NCBI GenBank assembly: GCA_024137785.1
Contig: JAHRHZ010000058.1
Coordinates: 15,360,883-15,424,882 of the forward strand
DNA from: Ginglymostoma cirratum
Lineage: Eukaryota
Reading direction: 5' to 3'
DNA length: 64,000 bases
The notes beneath the pieces are model-generated. The model saw only the letters and a program-made list of their open reading frames with translations, was not told the origin of the DNA and ran no database searches. This document shows, in pieces, positions 1 to 11,605 of the stretch (within the stretch, counting starts at the first letter, position 1; every line of letters begins with the position of its first letter). Made by a program: the position numbers and the translations under genes.

Positions 1-115
1 AGGCCCGAAACGTCAGCCTTCCTGCTCCTCTGATGCTGCTTGGCCTGATGTGTTCATCCAGCTCTACACCGTGCTATCTCACATTCTCCAGCATCTGCAG
101 TTCCTACTATCTCTG
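1..115 (+). mobile_element. Penelope-like pseudo-LTR fragment (truncated by the window edge)
   Basis: Near-identical to 60181-60259 and similar to the reverse complement of 23604-23702. Begins inside a hammerhead core (..cccGAAACGTC). Confidence 0.65.
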
Positions 116-734
116 TAATGTAAAGCAGTTTTATTTTAAACAAAGCTTGACTGCCCAATGCCAAGAATCAGAAGGAAGTAATACCACATTAACCTTAGGA
201 AGGAGCACCGTAGAAAAGTGAAGAGCCAGAGAGGTGATTTGTCATTTGTAATCTACTTCAGTACATGGCAAAGAAATTCATTTTTATATGATTTAGAATA
301 TTATGTTGGGTGTTTGCCAATTTTTTTGCTTATATTTTACAGCACCTTATTATAAAAATAAAGTCCTGCTTCCTCTTATCTAGAAGAAACCCACCCCCTA
401 CTGGGGTACAGCTGTTGTCCTTCTGTTATCAACTATAAGTGAGCACATATAGTCATTGACAATAGGCAACTACACTGTAACCTCGCCTGATACCCATTCA
501 TGCACTTTCTTAGCAGGAAGTCATCAACTAATGAAATGAGTGGGAAAACCGGTTGATACTAAGGGAGTTTTATGGTGTTGTCACATCTGGTGTGTCCAAC
601 ATAATTAAACAAGCGCAGATCAAAAAATAAATATAGGATCTTCCTAGCCTGAATGACTCGCTATGATTAAATCACTTAAAGAGTAAATACATGATTGTGC
701 TTACAAAATCTTTAAAGTAGTAGGGCAATCTAAG

Positions 735-1210
735 AATGTGAATAAAAAGGCATGTGGGGGGTCTTCGCCTTTATAAATGTAGACATAGTATACACAAGCA
801 AAGCACTTACACTGAAACTTTATTAAATATTGGTTAGGTGGCATATTATGGCCTATTCTGGAAGGATGGATGTTAAGACATTGGAGGGCATGCAGAAAGA
901 TTTTCTAGGATGGTATGATTGATGTGGAACTTCAGATATGCAGTGGATTAGAGAAGCTTATATTGTTCTTCTTGGAGCAGAGAATGTTAAGATAAGAGTG
1001 GAAGGAGATGTTCAAAATCATGAACAGTTTTAATAGAGCAGTTAAAGATAATCCTGGCAGGAGGGTCAGTAATTAAAGGGCACAGATGTAGGATTATTAG
1101 CAAAAGGATCAGGGTGATATTTAAAAAATGCTGCAAGTTCTACACTAAAATACACTGTCTGAAAGGGTGATTGAAGCAGATTTAACAGCAACTTTAGAAG
1201 AGACCTTCCT
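735..1210 (+). mobile_element. Degenerate CR1 LINE 3' fragment
   Basis: Resembles the CR1 ORF2 C-terminal nucleotide pattern seen at 18010, 33500 and 53870. Confidence 0.55.
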
Positions 1211-1862
1211 AAATGATGAGATTTTGGATCACAAGCTCTGGGCAGCAATGGCTGCTATTAAGCTTGAAAAAAGTTTTGACGGCCGCAAGCCCGATTTAAA
1301 TTTTTGGGATTTTGCTCACGGACATGGCCTCATGAATAGTTCTCTGATGTCTGACTATGACTGCAGTGCAAGCCAGTGAAAAGGCTGGTGTATGGAGAAG
1401 TGCTGCTTTTACATCAATTCCCTCAACGAGGGAGATAAAGGAAGAAGATTAAAGAAGCTGTGTTGGGGAGGTGCAAAGGAGGGGAAATGAAGAAGAGGGA
1501 CAAGGGAGGTGAAGGAGGTGGAAAATGGGGCATACCAAACACCTTTCTCTCTCTCCTACTTAACAGCTGGTATCTAGCATCTCCCCCATCTTTGCCTCTC
1601 AACAACTCTTGAATACTTGAAATTTTCACCCCAAGGTCACACAAAGTTAGAAACTTTAATTTGGGTCACAAAACAAAAACGTTTGGTACAAACGTTTGGG
1701 TATCAATATGGTATAGCATGCCAGGCTAAATGGTCACCTCCTAATCATCATTTCCAGAGCCTAGTTTAGAAATTATTTGTGTATTTTGATGGTAACTGTA
1801 ATTTTATTACATGTGGAAAAATAACTTGTATATTGTCTAAAAGATACTGACAAATATGAAGT

Positions 1863-2062
1863 AAAAGTAGTCATTGTTCTATAGGACCATAGGGCTGTTC
1901 TCTTATTAGAGAAAGATGACTGGTAGTGTTTTAACACTGTAACTAAGGCAAGAGGAGAGGATGAAAAGGAGACTCCTTCATTATAACCTCAGTCAAAGGA
2001 GGAATTGAACCCACACTGTTAGGCCCATTTTGCATCACAAACCAGCTATCCAAACCAACTCC
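1863..2062 (-). mobile_element. tRNA-derived SINE
   Basis: The minus strand shows a box-B-like GGGTTCAATTCC followed by a short body typical of shark SINEs. Confidence 0.5.
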
Positions 2063-2439
2063 TGACCAATATATTTGCGACAGCACTCACTTTATAGGTG
2101 CAAATTTATCTATTAGTCCCTCAATATAGTGGACAATGAGTATGCACATATTTCTAATATGAAGTACACCCACTGCTAGCATGCATTGCTGCAGCTAGTA
2201 ACAGGCAAAGTTATGAATTTATATATATAAGTTAAGGCAGCAATACCCACTCAAGGTTGATATTTAAAGGAATCTTTCAGTATTTACAGCTTAATGCAGT
2301 TGAGGTATTTCTCAACTTTAATTATTGTGCTACATTAGTCTTGGAAATGCTGTACAAGTTTTGCTGGACTCATACTGCCATTATGTACCTTACAAATAGT
2401 TTATTTGTAGATAGTCTCTTTGTGGTCTCCTAGAATTGT

Positions 2440-2870
2440 CTTTTAAGACTAGAAGATGATGGAGAACAAGAAAAAAGATACCACAGAACAGGAGAACCTA
2501 TCATAAGCCTGCAGGACTTTGTTGCTCTGCACAGCAACAAAAGCTCGCTCCTGGAGACAAGAGCTACCATCTGAAAACCTGACTCATGTAAGGAAACCTA
2601 TTAGTGAACTAGAGTCACAATGCAATTGTAATTCAATTGACAGACCTCAAGTGGCCTAAACGTCATCAAAGGTTTCCAGAATGGTTCTCATCTACTGTAC
2701 ATCTCATAACATCATTCTGGGCAGCACAGTGGAGCTACAGAATAATCAACATCTCTAAGGAGGATGCGAACCAGATATGGCTGTGGTGCAAGCATTCACC
2801 TGACAACGAGAGAATTCTGTGACACCTTATCCAGACATACTTTTAATCGATGTTTGAAGGCATTTACTAT
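2440..2870 (+). mobile_element. Highly decayed PIF/Harbinger transposase fragment
   Basis: GGA GAC AAG AGC TAC CAT CTG AAA ACC TGA CTC ATG (GDKSYHLKT*LM) resembles the Harbinger motif LLGDKGYPLxxWLM also seen at about 62970. Confidence 0.35.
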
Positions 2871-4354
2871 GCTATCAGAATCTCTGTGCCCCTGCCTGGC
2901 ATAAAAATAATTCTTTCCAACAGTCAACAGTCCAAACATTGGATTCACATTCTTTCCTCCTCATAAAGGCGAGTCATTCCATTCACTTGAAGATTACTCT
3001 CCAGTGTGAATGCCGATGACTGAGAGCTCAAGAGAGTGAAAAGTTCAAATATAGAGATTCATTCATTAAATTGAACATTGATAAAATGCCATTAGAATTA
3101 ATATTTAAGTCTATCCCCTTATGCAACTATTATGTTTATCTCAGCCATATTTTCTTACTCCTACATGGTGAAACTTTGGTGGCTTTAGCAGATCAGCAGG
3201 AAGGGCCACTTGATTCCCTGCTCTGGCAGATGAGATGCTTCTTGCATGCTTCTTTTGATTTAGAAACCCATAAGGCCCTGTCAAGAATTGTCCCACTTAC
3301 ACCTCTGCGTCTTGGTCATCATAGTAGCAAGCAACTCTGTTTAATGGAAGTGTGCTCAGGAGGAGTTAAGGGATGAGAAATGTGTGCACCTGGTGAAGAA
3401 TCTCCACTGATAAATGTTTTGTCTCCATTTTCCTCTACTCAAGATATTTCCCATTAATGCTGATGAAATTCCCTTTTCATGCATGACCCCAACCTTAATT
3501 TGCAGAGCAGGGTTGTCAGTCTCCCCATACAGAATTCATAAAAATATGTGCACATTAAATTGGAGCTTGATTTCAATATCACCTATTGTTTATTCTCTCA
3601 ACCCTTCCAAGACATTCATTCTTGAATATTCAATGTTTTTGTTTGTTTCTGACAATGTTTATTTCAAGTATAACATACAAAACAACAGAAGAAAGCACCA
3701 TTTTTGAAGAAGTTGTAAAATACTGATGAAAAGATATTGGCAACTAAAAGCAAAGTTTTGTGGATACATGACAATTAGATAAATCATTTTGCTATGTGTT
3801 TTTGTGTAATTTAGTTTTAACATACCTCTTTCAACTTACCTATACGGAGAAAATTTTCTTGTTTATATTAAGTTTTCCTTGCTCAAGTACATAAACTTTT
3901 AGCTTAGTGGTAGCATTCCAGCCTTGGAGTCAGAAAATAAGGACTTTGAGCTGTTCCACAAACCCTGGTTAATGGACACCAAAGTGTGGTCCCTAAATGT
4001 TCAGGTGGAATCCAATGGAATGCTCATATCCAGACAGAGTGACTGCTGGATCACTCTTAGTATTCCTATCTCTAAATCAGAAAATGAGGATCAGGCCACA
4101 CTTTAAAGATCCCCAGCTTGAAAATGCTGGATTGACATCTGGGGTTCAGGAAGGTATTGTCCTCCAATGGGTGCATGTGGCCGGTAATAAAGTTAAATGG
4201 AGCTCTTTAGTCTTTTTTGCAGCCGATATAGGTGAAGGCATTGACAATGAAAGTGAGAAAGTAAACCAAAAACTACAGTTCCAAAAATACAGCTCAAGAA
4301 TGTGTTACAAACTTGAGTTAGAACTTGCCTAAGGGAAGAACCCAATGAATGACC

Positions 4355-5480
4355 ATAAAACAGTATGATACAGGAGCAAAAAATAAGCCATTCAGCCCAT
4401 CAAGTCTGATCATGGCTGATATGCTTTTTAATCTCATTCTCCTGTCTTCTGCCCATAACCCTTGATCCCCTTACTAATCAAGAACTTATCTATCTCTTTC
4501 TTAAATACACTCAATGACTTTGCCTCCACATTGTTCTGTGGAAATGAATTCCACAGATTCATCACCCTCCAGCTGCACAATTTCCTCATCATCTCAGTTC
4601 TGAAGGGTCATCCCTTCATTCTGAGGCTGTGCCCTCAGGTCCTAGTCTCTCCTATAAATGAAATTATCTTCTCCATGCCCACTCTATCCAGGCCTCTTAG
4701 CATCCTGTAAGTTTTAATCAGATCCCACTTCCCATCCTTCAAAATTCCATTGTGTACTGACCCAGAGTCCTCAATCGCTCCTCACTTGACAAGCCCTTCA
4801 TCCTTGGGATCATTCTTGTAAAACTCCTCTGGACTCTCTCCAATGCCAGCGTATCCTTGCTTAGACACAGGACCCAAAACTGCTCACAATATTACAAACT
4901 CAGTCTGACTAGACTCTTATACAGCTTCTGCAGTACATCCCTGCTGTTATATTCTAGCCCTCTTGAAATTAATGCTAACATTGCATTTGCCTTCCTAACT
5001 GCCAAATGAACCTGCATGTTAACTTTAAAGTGAATCACCATAAGGGGCAGACATTGTACAAGCTTTTCACTATACCTCTACAATGGAGTATATGTGACAA
5101 TAAAGGGTATTCTATTCTATCCTGAACCAGGACTCCTAAATCCATTCATGCTTCAGACTTCCAAAGCCTTTCCCTTTAGAAAATAGTCTACACTTCTGTT
5201 CATCGTACCAAACTACCTAACTTCACAATTTGCCACATTGTACTCCATCTGCCTTTCTTTGCCCACTTTCCTAGCCTGTCTTTTCAACTTCCCACTTCCT
5301 CAACACTACCTGTTGCTCCACCTATCTTTGTGTCATCTGCAAACTGATCAACAATGCTCTCAATTCCTTCATCCCAGCGTTGTGGTCCTAACATTAACCG
5401 CTGCAGAACTCCACTAGTCACTGCCTGCCATCCTGAAAAAGACCCCTTTATCCCCAGTCTCTGCCCTTTGCCAGCCAGCC
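4355..5480 (-). mobile_element. CR1 LINE 3' portion
   Basis: Reverse complement has RT FADD (ttgtgtcatctgcaaa on the + strand), the ORF2 C-terminus and a CR1 3' UTR. Confidence 0.75.
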
Positions 5481-6230
5481 ATGAACTCCTACCCTTGCTT
5501 ATTCTTAGCTACCCCTGCTGGAAGTACAGTGTGTGGATGTTGGACGGAGACAAAAAACAGTTTTCATGTGATAGCTCACAAGTGAAAATAACATATTAGA
5601 TGAGATCCTAAGGAGACCTATCTCAGCAATGAGTCTACTTCTTCACAGCTGAAGAAAATTGGTATGAGAAGAACTTTTATTTTCCAAAATAAGACAAACC
5701 TAAACTTACCTTTTCTCCTGTGTCTCCAACTCATTCGATTCTCCCAGAGCTGTGGTTCATATCTTTAATTTAGTTTTCAGTCATTTTGGAAACAATTTCT
5801 AAAAAGTTGATTTAGGAGACATAACATTAAAAGTAGTGCCAACTAACTGTGGGAGCAAAGAACAGTGATCAGATCAAAGTGAATGTCTTTTTATGGCTGT
5901 TTTCTGTCTGGTAAGGGAATCTGTTAGCAGGCCAATGAAGCCAGGTCACTAAAATAACTTACCTAGTTAATGGATGAAAGTTTAAATGCTTAAACTATAG
6001 AATATAACAAAATGTGCAATGCACTGTTTTATGATTGGAAAACATAAATTATAACATTATTGTTCTTGCTCAAGTTTGTCATCAAAAGATAATTTTAAAA
6101 GTTGCATTTATGTTAAAAAATATATGAAGGGACTAAAATCATTTCAGGGAAAAACACTCTGATGTGGACAATCAACTGCAGCACATAATCAGGATGGAGA
6201 ATTAGTGTAAAATATGCAACTGTGATATGG

Positions 6231-6357
6231 CACATGATATCAAATGTGTAAAAATGGAATGCAATGGGGTAACATGAAATTAGACTGGAAACGAGGACAT
6301 GAAATTAAATTTTTAGCAGCTCAGCATGTCCTATTTTTACACATTTGATATCATGTG
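6231..6357. repeat. Perfect 25-bp inverted repeat (77-nt spacer) downstream of the dmrt3-like stop
   Basis: cacatgatatcaaatgtgtaaaaat (6231-6255) pairs with atttttacacatttgatatcatgtg (6333-6357). Confidence 0.85.
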
Positions 6358-6774
6358 ACACAATTGTATTTTTGTGATCAGTAATTCTGAATAAAATAAT
6401 TTAAAAGGTTTTAAAGCTTAGATGTTGTTCATGGCACACATACAATAATTGCTATTAAATGCTGGTATATTTTAGTATTGTTTCAAAGCCAATAAATGAA
6501 TGAAATTTGTGTTCCATATACCAAATTGTTGATTTGCTAAAAAGGTGCATTATTTTCAATTTACTTAATTTCAAACAAATTATAGTGAAAATGAAGTGAT
6601 AATTATGCTCAAGAACCATTTTTGACTTTACATAATCTAGCTTGTTTTTAATGAGATCAAATTCTAAATAAAATGAACATTTCTCACATTGACTATTACA
6701 ACAAGAAGTTGTTACAGGTACTTAAGACGGACATCTATTTTACAAAATCCATTTCAGGATTTCCTTTGTCAGTA

Positions 6775-6780
6775 TTTATT
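6775..6780 (-). promoter_or_regulatory. Candidate proximal polyadenylation signal (AATAAA) of the dmrt3-like gene
   Basis: tttatt on the + strand about 90 nt past the stop codon. Another candidate lies at 5676-5681. Confidence 0.3.
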
Positions 6781-6867
6781 CTTCAGGGCAACTTTTTGAT
6801 TTACATGCCAACTCATTGATTCTCAAAGTTTAATGAAGCAGGGCTAAAGAATTTGAAATTCACATTG

Positions 6868-7745
6868 CTACTTCTTGCCTTCTTGTCTTTCTTCAAGATA
6901 TTTCAAAGATTTTTCTGCCAGTTTCCCATCACAGACAGATGGTTTTTGGGAAGTCTCATTTTGAGCAGGTAGGACCATTGTGGTGCTTCCCAACAGGGCA
7001 CTAGTGGAGTGAGCCAAGGAAGTAAACTGTTGCCTCAGGCTAGGGTGCTGAAAGGTCATTGTGCTCCACAGAGCAAATTCACTGGAAACAAAGGGATGAG
7101 AGCCAGACAAAGTTGGTCTGAAAAGGGTTGGCACAGGGTAATGACTGGGTTGTGTAATTGTATGAGTGACATTGGGCAAACTTGCTACAACACTGTGGCT
7201 GTTTGGGGATACCTGGAAGGCATCAGACGGAGATCTAAAGGCAGAACTCAGAGACCAAGCTGATGAGGTTAAAGGACAGTGACCAGAGTTGTAGTCAGCT
7301 ATGTCCTTGGAGGTCTGTGGTTTGTTGTAATTCTTCGATCCTTCAGATCGCCTGGTGGTGCTGGACAGTAAGGTTTCAATTGCTGAAACCAAATCATTGT
7401 TGCAACCTTTCAGCACCAGCTCCAGGACGGACTGTTTCTGATTCGGAAATACCTTGGCTAGAACCTCAATAGGAGGCGTTTTAGACTTTCCTGAAGGAAC
7501 CATGTCCTTCAGCACGTCTTCCGACTTCAAGAACTTCGTGATGTCATTGAAGTTATATCTGGTGGCGACTTTAACGTGTTCTTTGTTTTCCTTCTTCCGC
7601 TGTATGTCATTGTTTGATTCTGGGAGGGGCAATGATAAATCGCTGTTTTGGGTATCTGTGGATGAAACTGGCTCTTCCACCTCACTTTCTGTAATCTTCT
7701 TCTGGTTGTTATCAGCATCTTTTCCTTCGACATCTTCATATTCAT
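6868..7745 (-). CDS. dmrt3: DMRT3-like transcription factor, coding exon 2 (DMA domain and C-terminus)
   Basis: Acceptor ttattgtcag|AT at 7746/7745 is phase 1 and joins exon 1 in frame (G+AT=Asp). DMA domain PPIEVLAKVFPNQKQSVLELVLKGCNNDLVSAIETLLS, plus DMRT3-like motifs WSLSSAFR and LWSTMTFQ. Stop TAG at 6868-6870. Spliced CDS is 1275 nt (424 aa). Confidence 0.92.
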
Positions 7746-10700
7746 CTGACAATAAATAGGTGTAATGATTAATTACAATGTGATGAATGAATGTTTTACG
7801 CTATTGTGCATTGTAACATACAGGAATCTACCTTTCTCTGAACGTAAAGCCAAACTAACTTTAACTTGGGTACTAGACCACTCAAAAATTTACGTTCACA
7901 GCCCTCATATTCCCTCAGAGCAGACAGAGTGTAGATATACGGCGAGGTAGGTGCGCCCTTAAATTCGTGCTTCAAAGCTCCAGTTCCACCAGTGCGACGC
8001 TGTGCTGTACACATTAATTGTGAATAACGAAGCAGCTTTACAAGATACTTGCGGAGCTATTTTTACTGCCCAATGTAATATGTAAGTTTCCAATGTATGC
8101 TGTATCGCGATTTTTCTCTCGTACTAATTGCACATAACACACTAATCGCCATGGCAGCAGAATTTTACACTGTACAACCACGTTATTCAGTCTTTGACAC
8201 GTGTAGCAGCTCTGAAACGGTTTGTGTCATTGCAACATAATATTGCTGTGTATAAAACCTGGGATTCCGTAGATATTTTCATAGCGTTATCAGGTTGTCC
8301 TTTTTTTTAAAGGTTTGCGCATTTGAAATTCTAAGTCTGTTGATTTTATTACAAAGTTTTACAGTTCAGTGCATAATTCCTCTATATGCCCCCATCCTCA
8401 AAATTTAACTATTGCATTTTCTCTGCGTTCAAATACAACTGATGTCTATCCGCCAATCTACCAAAAAATATTATTTTCTTGACTTAAGAACATCATCTAG
8501 AGATGTTTACCAACACATTTAATGTTTATACAAGAAAACAGAATATCTAGACTCGAATCTTTTCCAACGTACACCCGTGAAAGCAGGTTGACCGGCAGTT
8601 TTTGAAGTTTGAATGTAAGATTATATTTGCGACATAGATAAAAGTTGATAATTGAAAAATGTATGATGGTGTTTAGTTAAGGAAAAATGACGCTGCTGAC
8701 AAGTGTTTTAATCAAAAACAAGGTTTTGTTGCCGGTCTAAGGACACTAAAAACTTTTACTTTGCGTTTTCCTTTAAAGACATTGCCTAACTGCAAATCCT
8801 GGCGAAAGACCTACCCAGGAAGCTCAGAAGCTAGCAGAGATTATCCGGCAATTTATTTGAAGTTTTGGAATGAAATAACTTTTATGTTTACATGACTTAG
8901 TTTCGTCAGTTATTTTTCCATTGTTACCCAGAGATGCTGGTTAGGATTTACTTTTCATTTGTTTCAAAGTTTAATATTGTGAATTATGAAATGACGACAT
9001 TTAAATATACATGGAATTGACCGGAACAATGAGTGAAAATATAAATAAATCGCTAGCGCACGCTAAAACGGGTTACCTATTTTACCTTCCGTTATCCTCA
9101 TTCTCAGGACTTCACTCGTCAACCTTTGAGAACTACGTTAAAATGATCCCTAATAAAAACCTTAACTATTAAATCATAATACAAAAACTCTCCAACAACT
9201 CCGAAACGTAACACATTCATTTTCTGAATGTGGAGTTAAAATGGTAAATACAGAAATGTTAGGCTGTCGTAGGAACTAATGGCAAAATGTCAATCGGGAT
9301 CAATTTCTTATATTTTTCAGATATGTAAATGTCACGTTAAACACAAGTGTCCCTGAAGTAGTCACGAATGACTTAATTGGAATAATACAAGCCTATAAAT
9401 GTGCGGGTTATTTTTATATTTCTTTTTGAAATAGCTCGAAATTATCCCAGCAGCAGGTCTCTCTTTGTTTCACTTGTAACCAGGCAATTTGATCCCTTAA
9501 TCCCTGTGCTCTGCAGTGATTAATCACGTCCCTGGGGCTGAAACGGTAAACGCGGGGCATCCAAACAGATCAATCCCCCTTTTCACCCCTGCGCAATTAT
9601 CATAACTAGAGTGTTATAGCTTTGAACTAGCCGGCTCTTTGATTTGTTGAACGTGGAAAAACAAGCAGGAAGCCAATTTGTAGTAAGAATAATCAGTTTT
9701 CAGAGAAAAGGGGATAACAAGAATGGCTTGCTTTAACAATGATGGTTCAGTTAAAATAGCATCCAGATTGTTGCAGTCACTGCGTATTGTGCTGCTCTTT
9801 CTCCTTGTTCCTTAAACCAAAGTCTGTTCCTACCGCTTGTTTGACATAGGTTATTCATGCTCGCGGCGTCAAGAAATCCTTTTCAACTATTTTGTGACAA
9901 CTAACGTTCATTGATTGAACACCGTTATTCTCATCGTCAGATCACCTTATATGGGAGATGAAGGTGAAGAGGCATAACGGGATGCTACTAAATTCTAAAT
10001 TTAATTGGTTACACATAAAAAATGATGCATTTGGCAGCAAGCAAATATTTAGAAAACGTTTGTTAAACATGCCAGCATTTCGGTATGCGCCGTTCCCGCG
10101 GTTTGGTTTAAATTCTCAATAGCTAAATAGCCATTTTCCGACATTCGCGCTCTCAGGAGGAGCCGGACACTATGGGCATGGAAAAATCTGTTTGATGTTT
10201 GGTGTAAATGTATCCCACCCAATGTTCCTGTCGAATGGATCGGCTGTAGATTTTGAGAAATCCTTATCCCTACCGGGAAGCAAAGTCATCCCATTTCATA
10301 GTCTCCCACCATTCCTGGAATAGTTCCAAATCGTACGGTAACAGAAAGCAGTAACTTCCCAACCGTTGAAATAGCTGCAGCAAACTGGGAACATCGAATA
10401 TAGTTAACGTCCCGTTTTTGGAATAGATACAACAAACTGGAGGCATGAATGTCAGTTATGTGAAGTACTGCCTTTAATAAATCACCTTGTCCACACTGCA
10501 TTTCACAGTATTTCTCATTGAGTGTGAGATCTCTGTGACCCGATAATATCCCCATCAATGTTTAGCTGTGTTTGAAAAAATACTTAAATGAGACAACGTT
10601 TCAGCTATTTTGCCAAGAAATGCAACAAGAAAACACCTGTTTAAATTCAGAGGACTACAAATGTTGTGAAGCGGCGCTGCATTTCACGTGAGGTGTTAAA

Positions 10701-10870
10701 GTAAAAATAAACCTGACGTCTAATATCGAGTGACTGCGACAATACAATATTCCTGCACTGCCTTATTACAGTCGAGGGAATATCTATGCGTGTCTTATAA
10801 TTTCACGCTGCTCATGTACACAGAGCGAAGAAAACCCTTGAAACATTTCTGGCCTGTGTGAATTTCCTAC
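7746..10870 (-). other. Single intron of the dmrt3-like gene (3125 nt, GT-AG)
   Basis: Canonical GT...AG ends with matching phase. The two-coding-exon layout is the same as in vertebrate DMRT3. Confidence 0.88.
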
Positions 10871-11267
10871 CCAGTTGCTGATGTAGTATGGAATCCGCAG
10901 GTGTCGTTTCGTCAAGTCTGTTTCTGCTTCTGCCGGCTGAGTACACGCTATCGGAAGGGGCCGAGTCCTCGAATCTCTCGGGGGCTGGATACATTGCTCT
11001 GTAATCCTCAGATAAAACCAGATTGCAAGGATTCTCGTTGCTTTGTTGCCTCCTGAGAGCCACCTGCGCGGCCATGACTCTCTGTCTTTCTAAGATGAGG
11101 ATGCACTTGTCGCAAGTGCAGTCTTTGAAGCGACAGTAGCGTTTATGGCCTTTGAGCCAGGACAACACCCCGTGATTCCGACACCGTGCGCACTTGGGAG
11201 TTCTCTGAGCTGGTGCTCGGGAAGACGCGGTCGGTACGTACAGATATGGAGCACCATAGCTGTTCAT
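10871..11267 (-). CDS. dmrt3: DMRT3-like transcription factor, coding exon 1 (DM domain)
   Basis: Starts at ACCATG (ATG 11267). Reads [78 protein letters not shown], which matches the DMRT3-diagnostic N-terminus and DM domain (MNGYGSPYLY...[20 protein letters not shown]). Phase-1 donor CTGG|GTAGGA at 10871/10870. Confidence 0.93.
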
Positions 11268-11399
11268 GGTAATCACTTTAAAGTTGTGTTTTTACAACCA
11301 AAGGTTCGATTCTCCCTCAATTCCTTTCTCAAAGATGAAAATCGCACGGGAGCAAACGCAAATCTGAATTCACAAGCAGGAGCACATATCCCAGCTGCA

Positions 11400-11605
11400 G
11401 CGCCTCGGTTCTATAAGCAGTTATTTCAAGTCAATCAAGTGAAACGACTTGTATGAAAGGATCGAAAATCATTTTTCCCCCGCAAACCTCTCCCCCTTCA
11501 TTCTTTGAGAAGAGTTGAAAGCAACTCCACAATCAAACAATTCTAAAAGATTTCAAGTGGTTGGAGGAGGTGATATAGGTGCCGAGATAGGGCGGGGCGC
11601 ACTCC
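11400..11605 (-). promoter_or_regulatory. Putative core promoter of the dmrt3-like gene
   Basis: TATA-like TTATAGAA on the minus strand (about 11409-11416), roughly 145 nt upstream of the ATG. GC box gggcggggcg at about 11590-11599. CpG-rich context. Confidence 0.45.

Noticed and set aside
7009-7759. Plus-strand ORFs (7009-7263, 7263-7472, 7454-7759) and the alternative-frame ORF 7527-7745
   Set aside because: Antisense or alternative-frame shadows of dmrt3-like exon 2, with no recognisable motifs.
10812-10870. ORF read-through past the dmrt3-like exon 1 donor ([10 protein letters not shown]...)
   Set aside because: Intronic: the donor at 10870 splices in frame to the DMA exon.
6868-11267. 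Calling the DM+DMA gene DMRTA1 or DMRTA2
   Set aside because: The [11 protein letters not shown]-terminus, [20 protein letters not shown] and FPNQK in the DMA domain are DMRT3 features. DMRTA1/2 have GVVSALKGHKR.C.W.DC.
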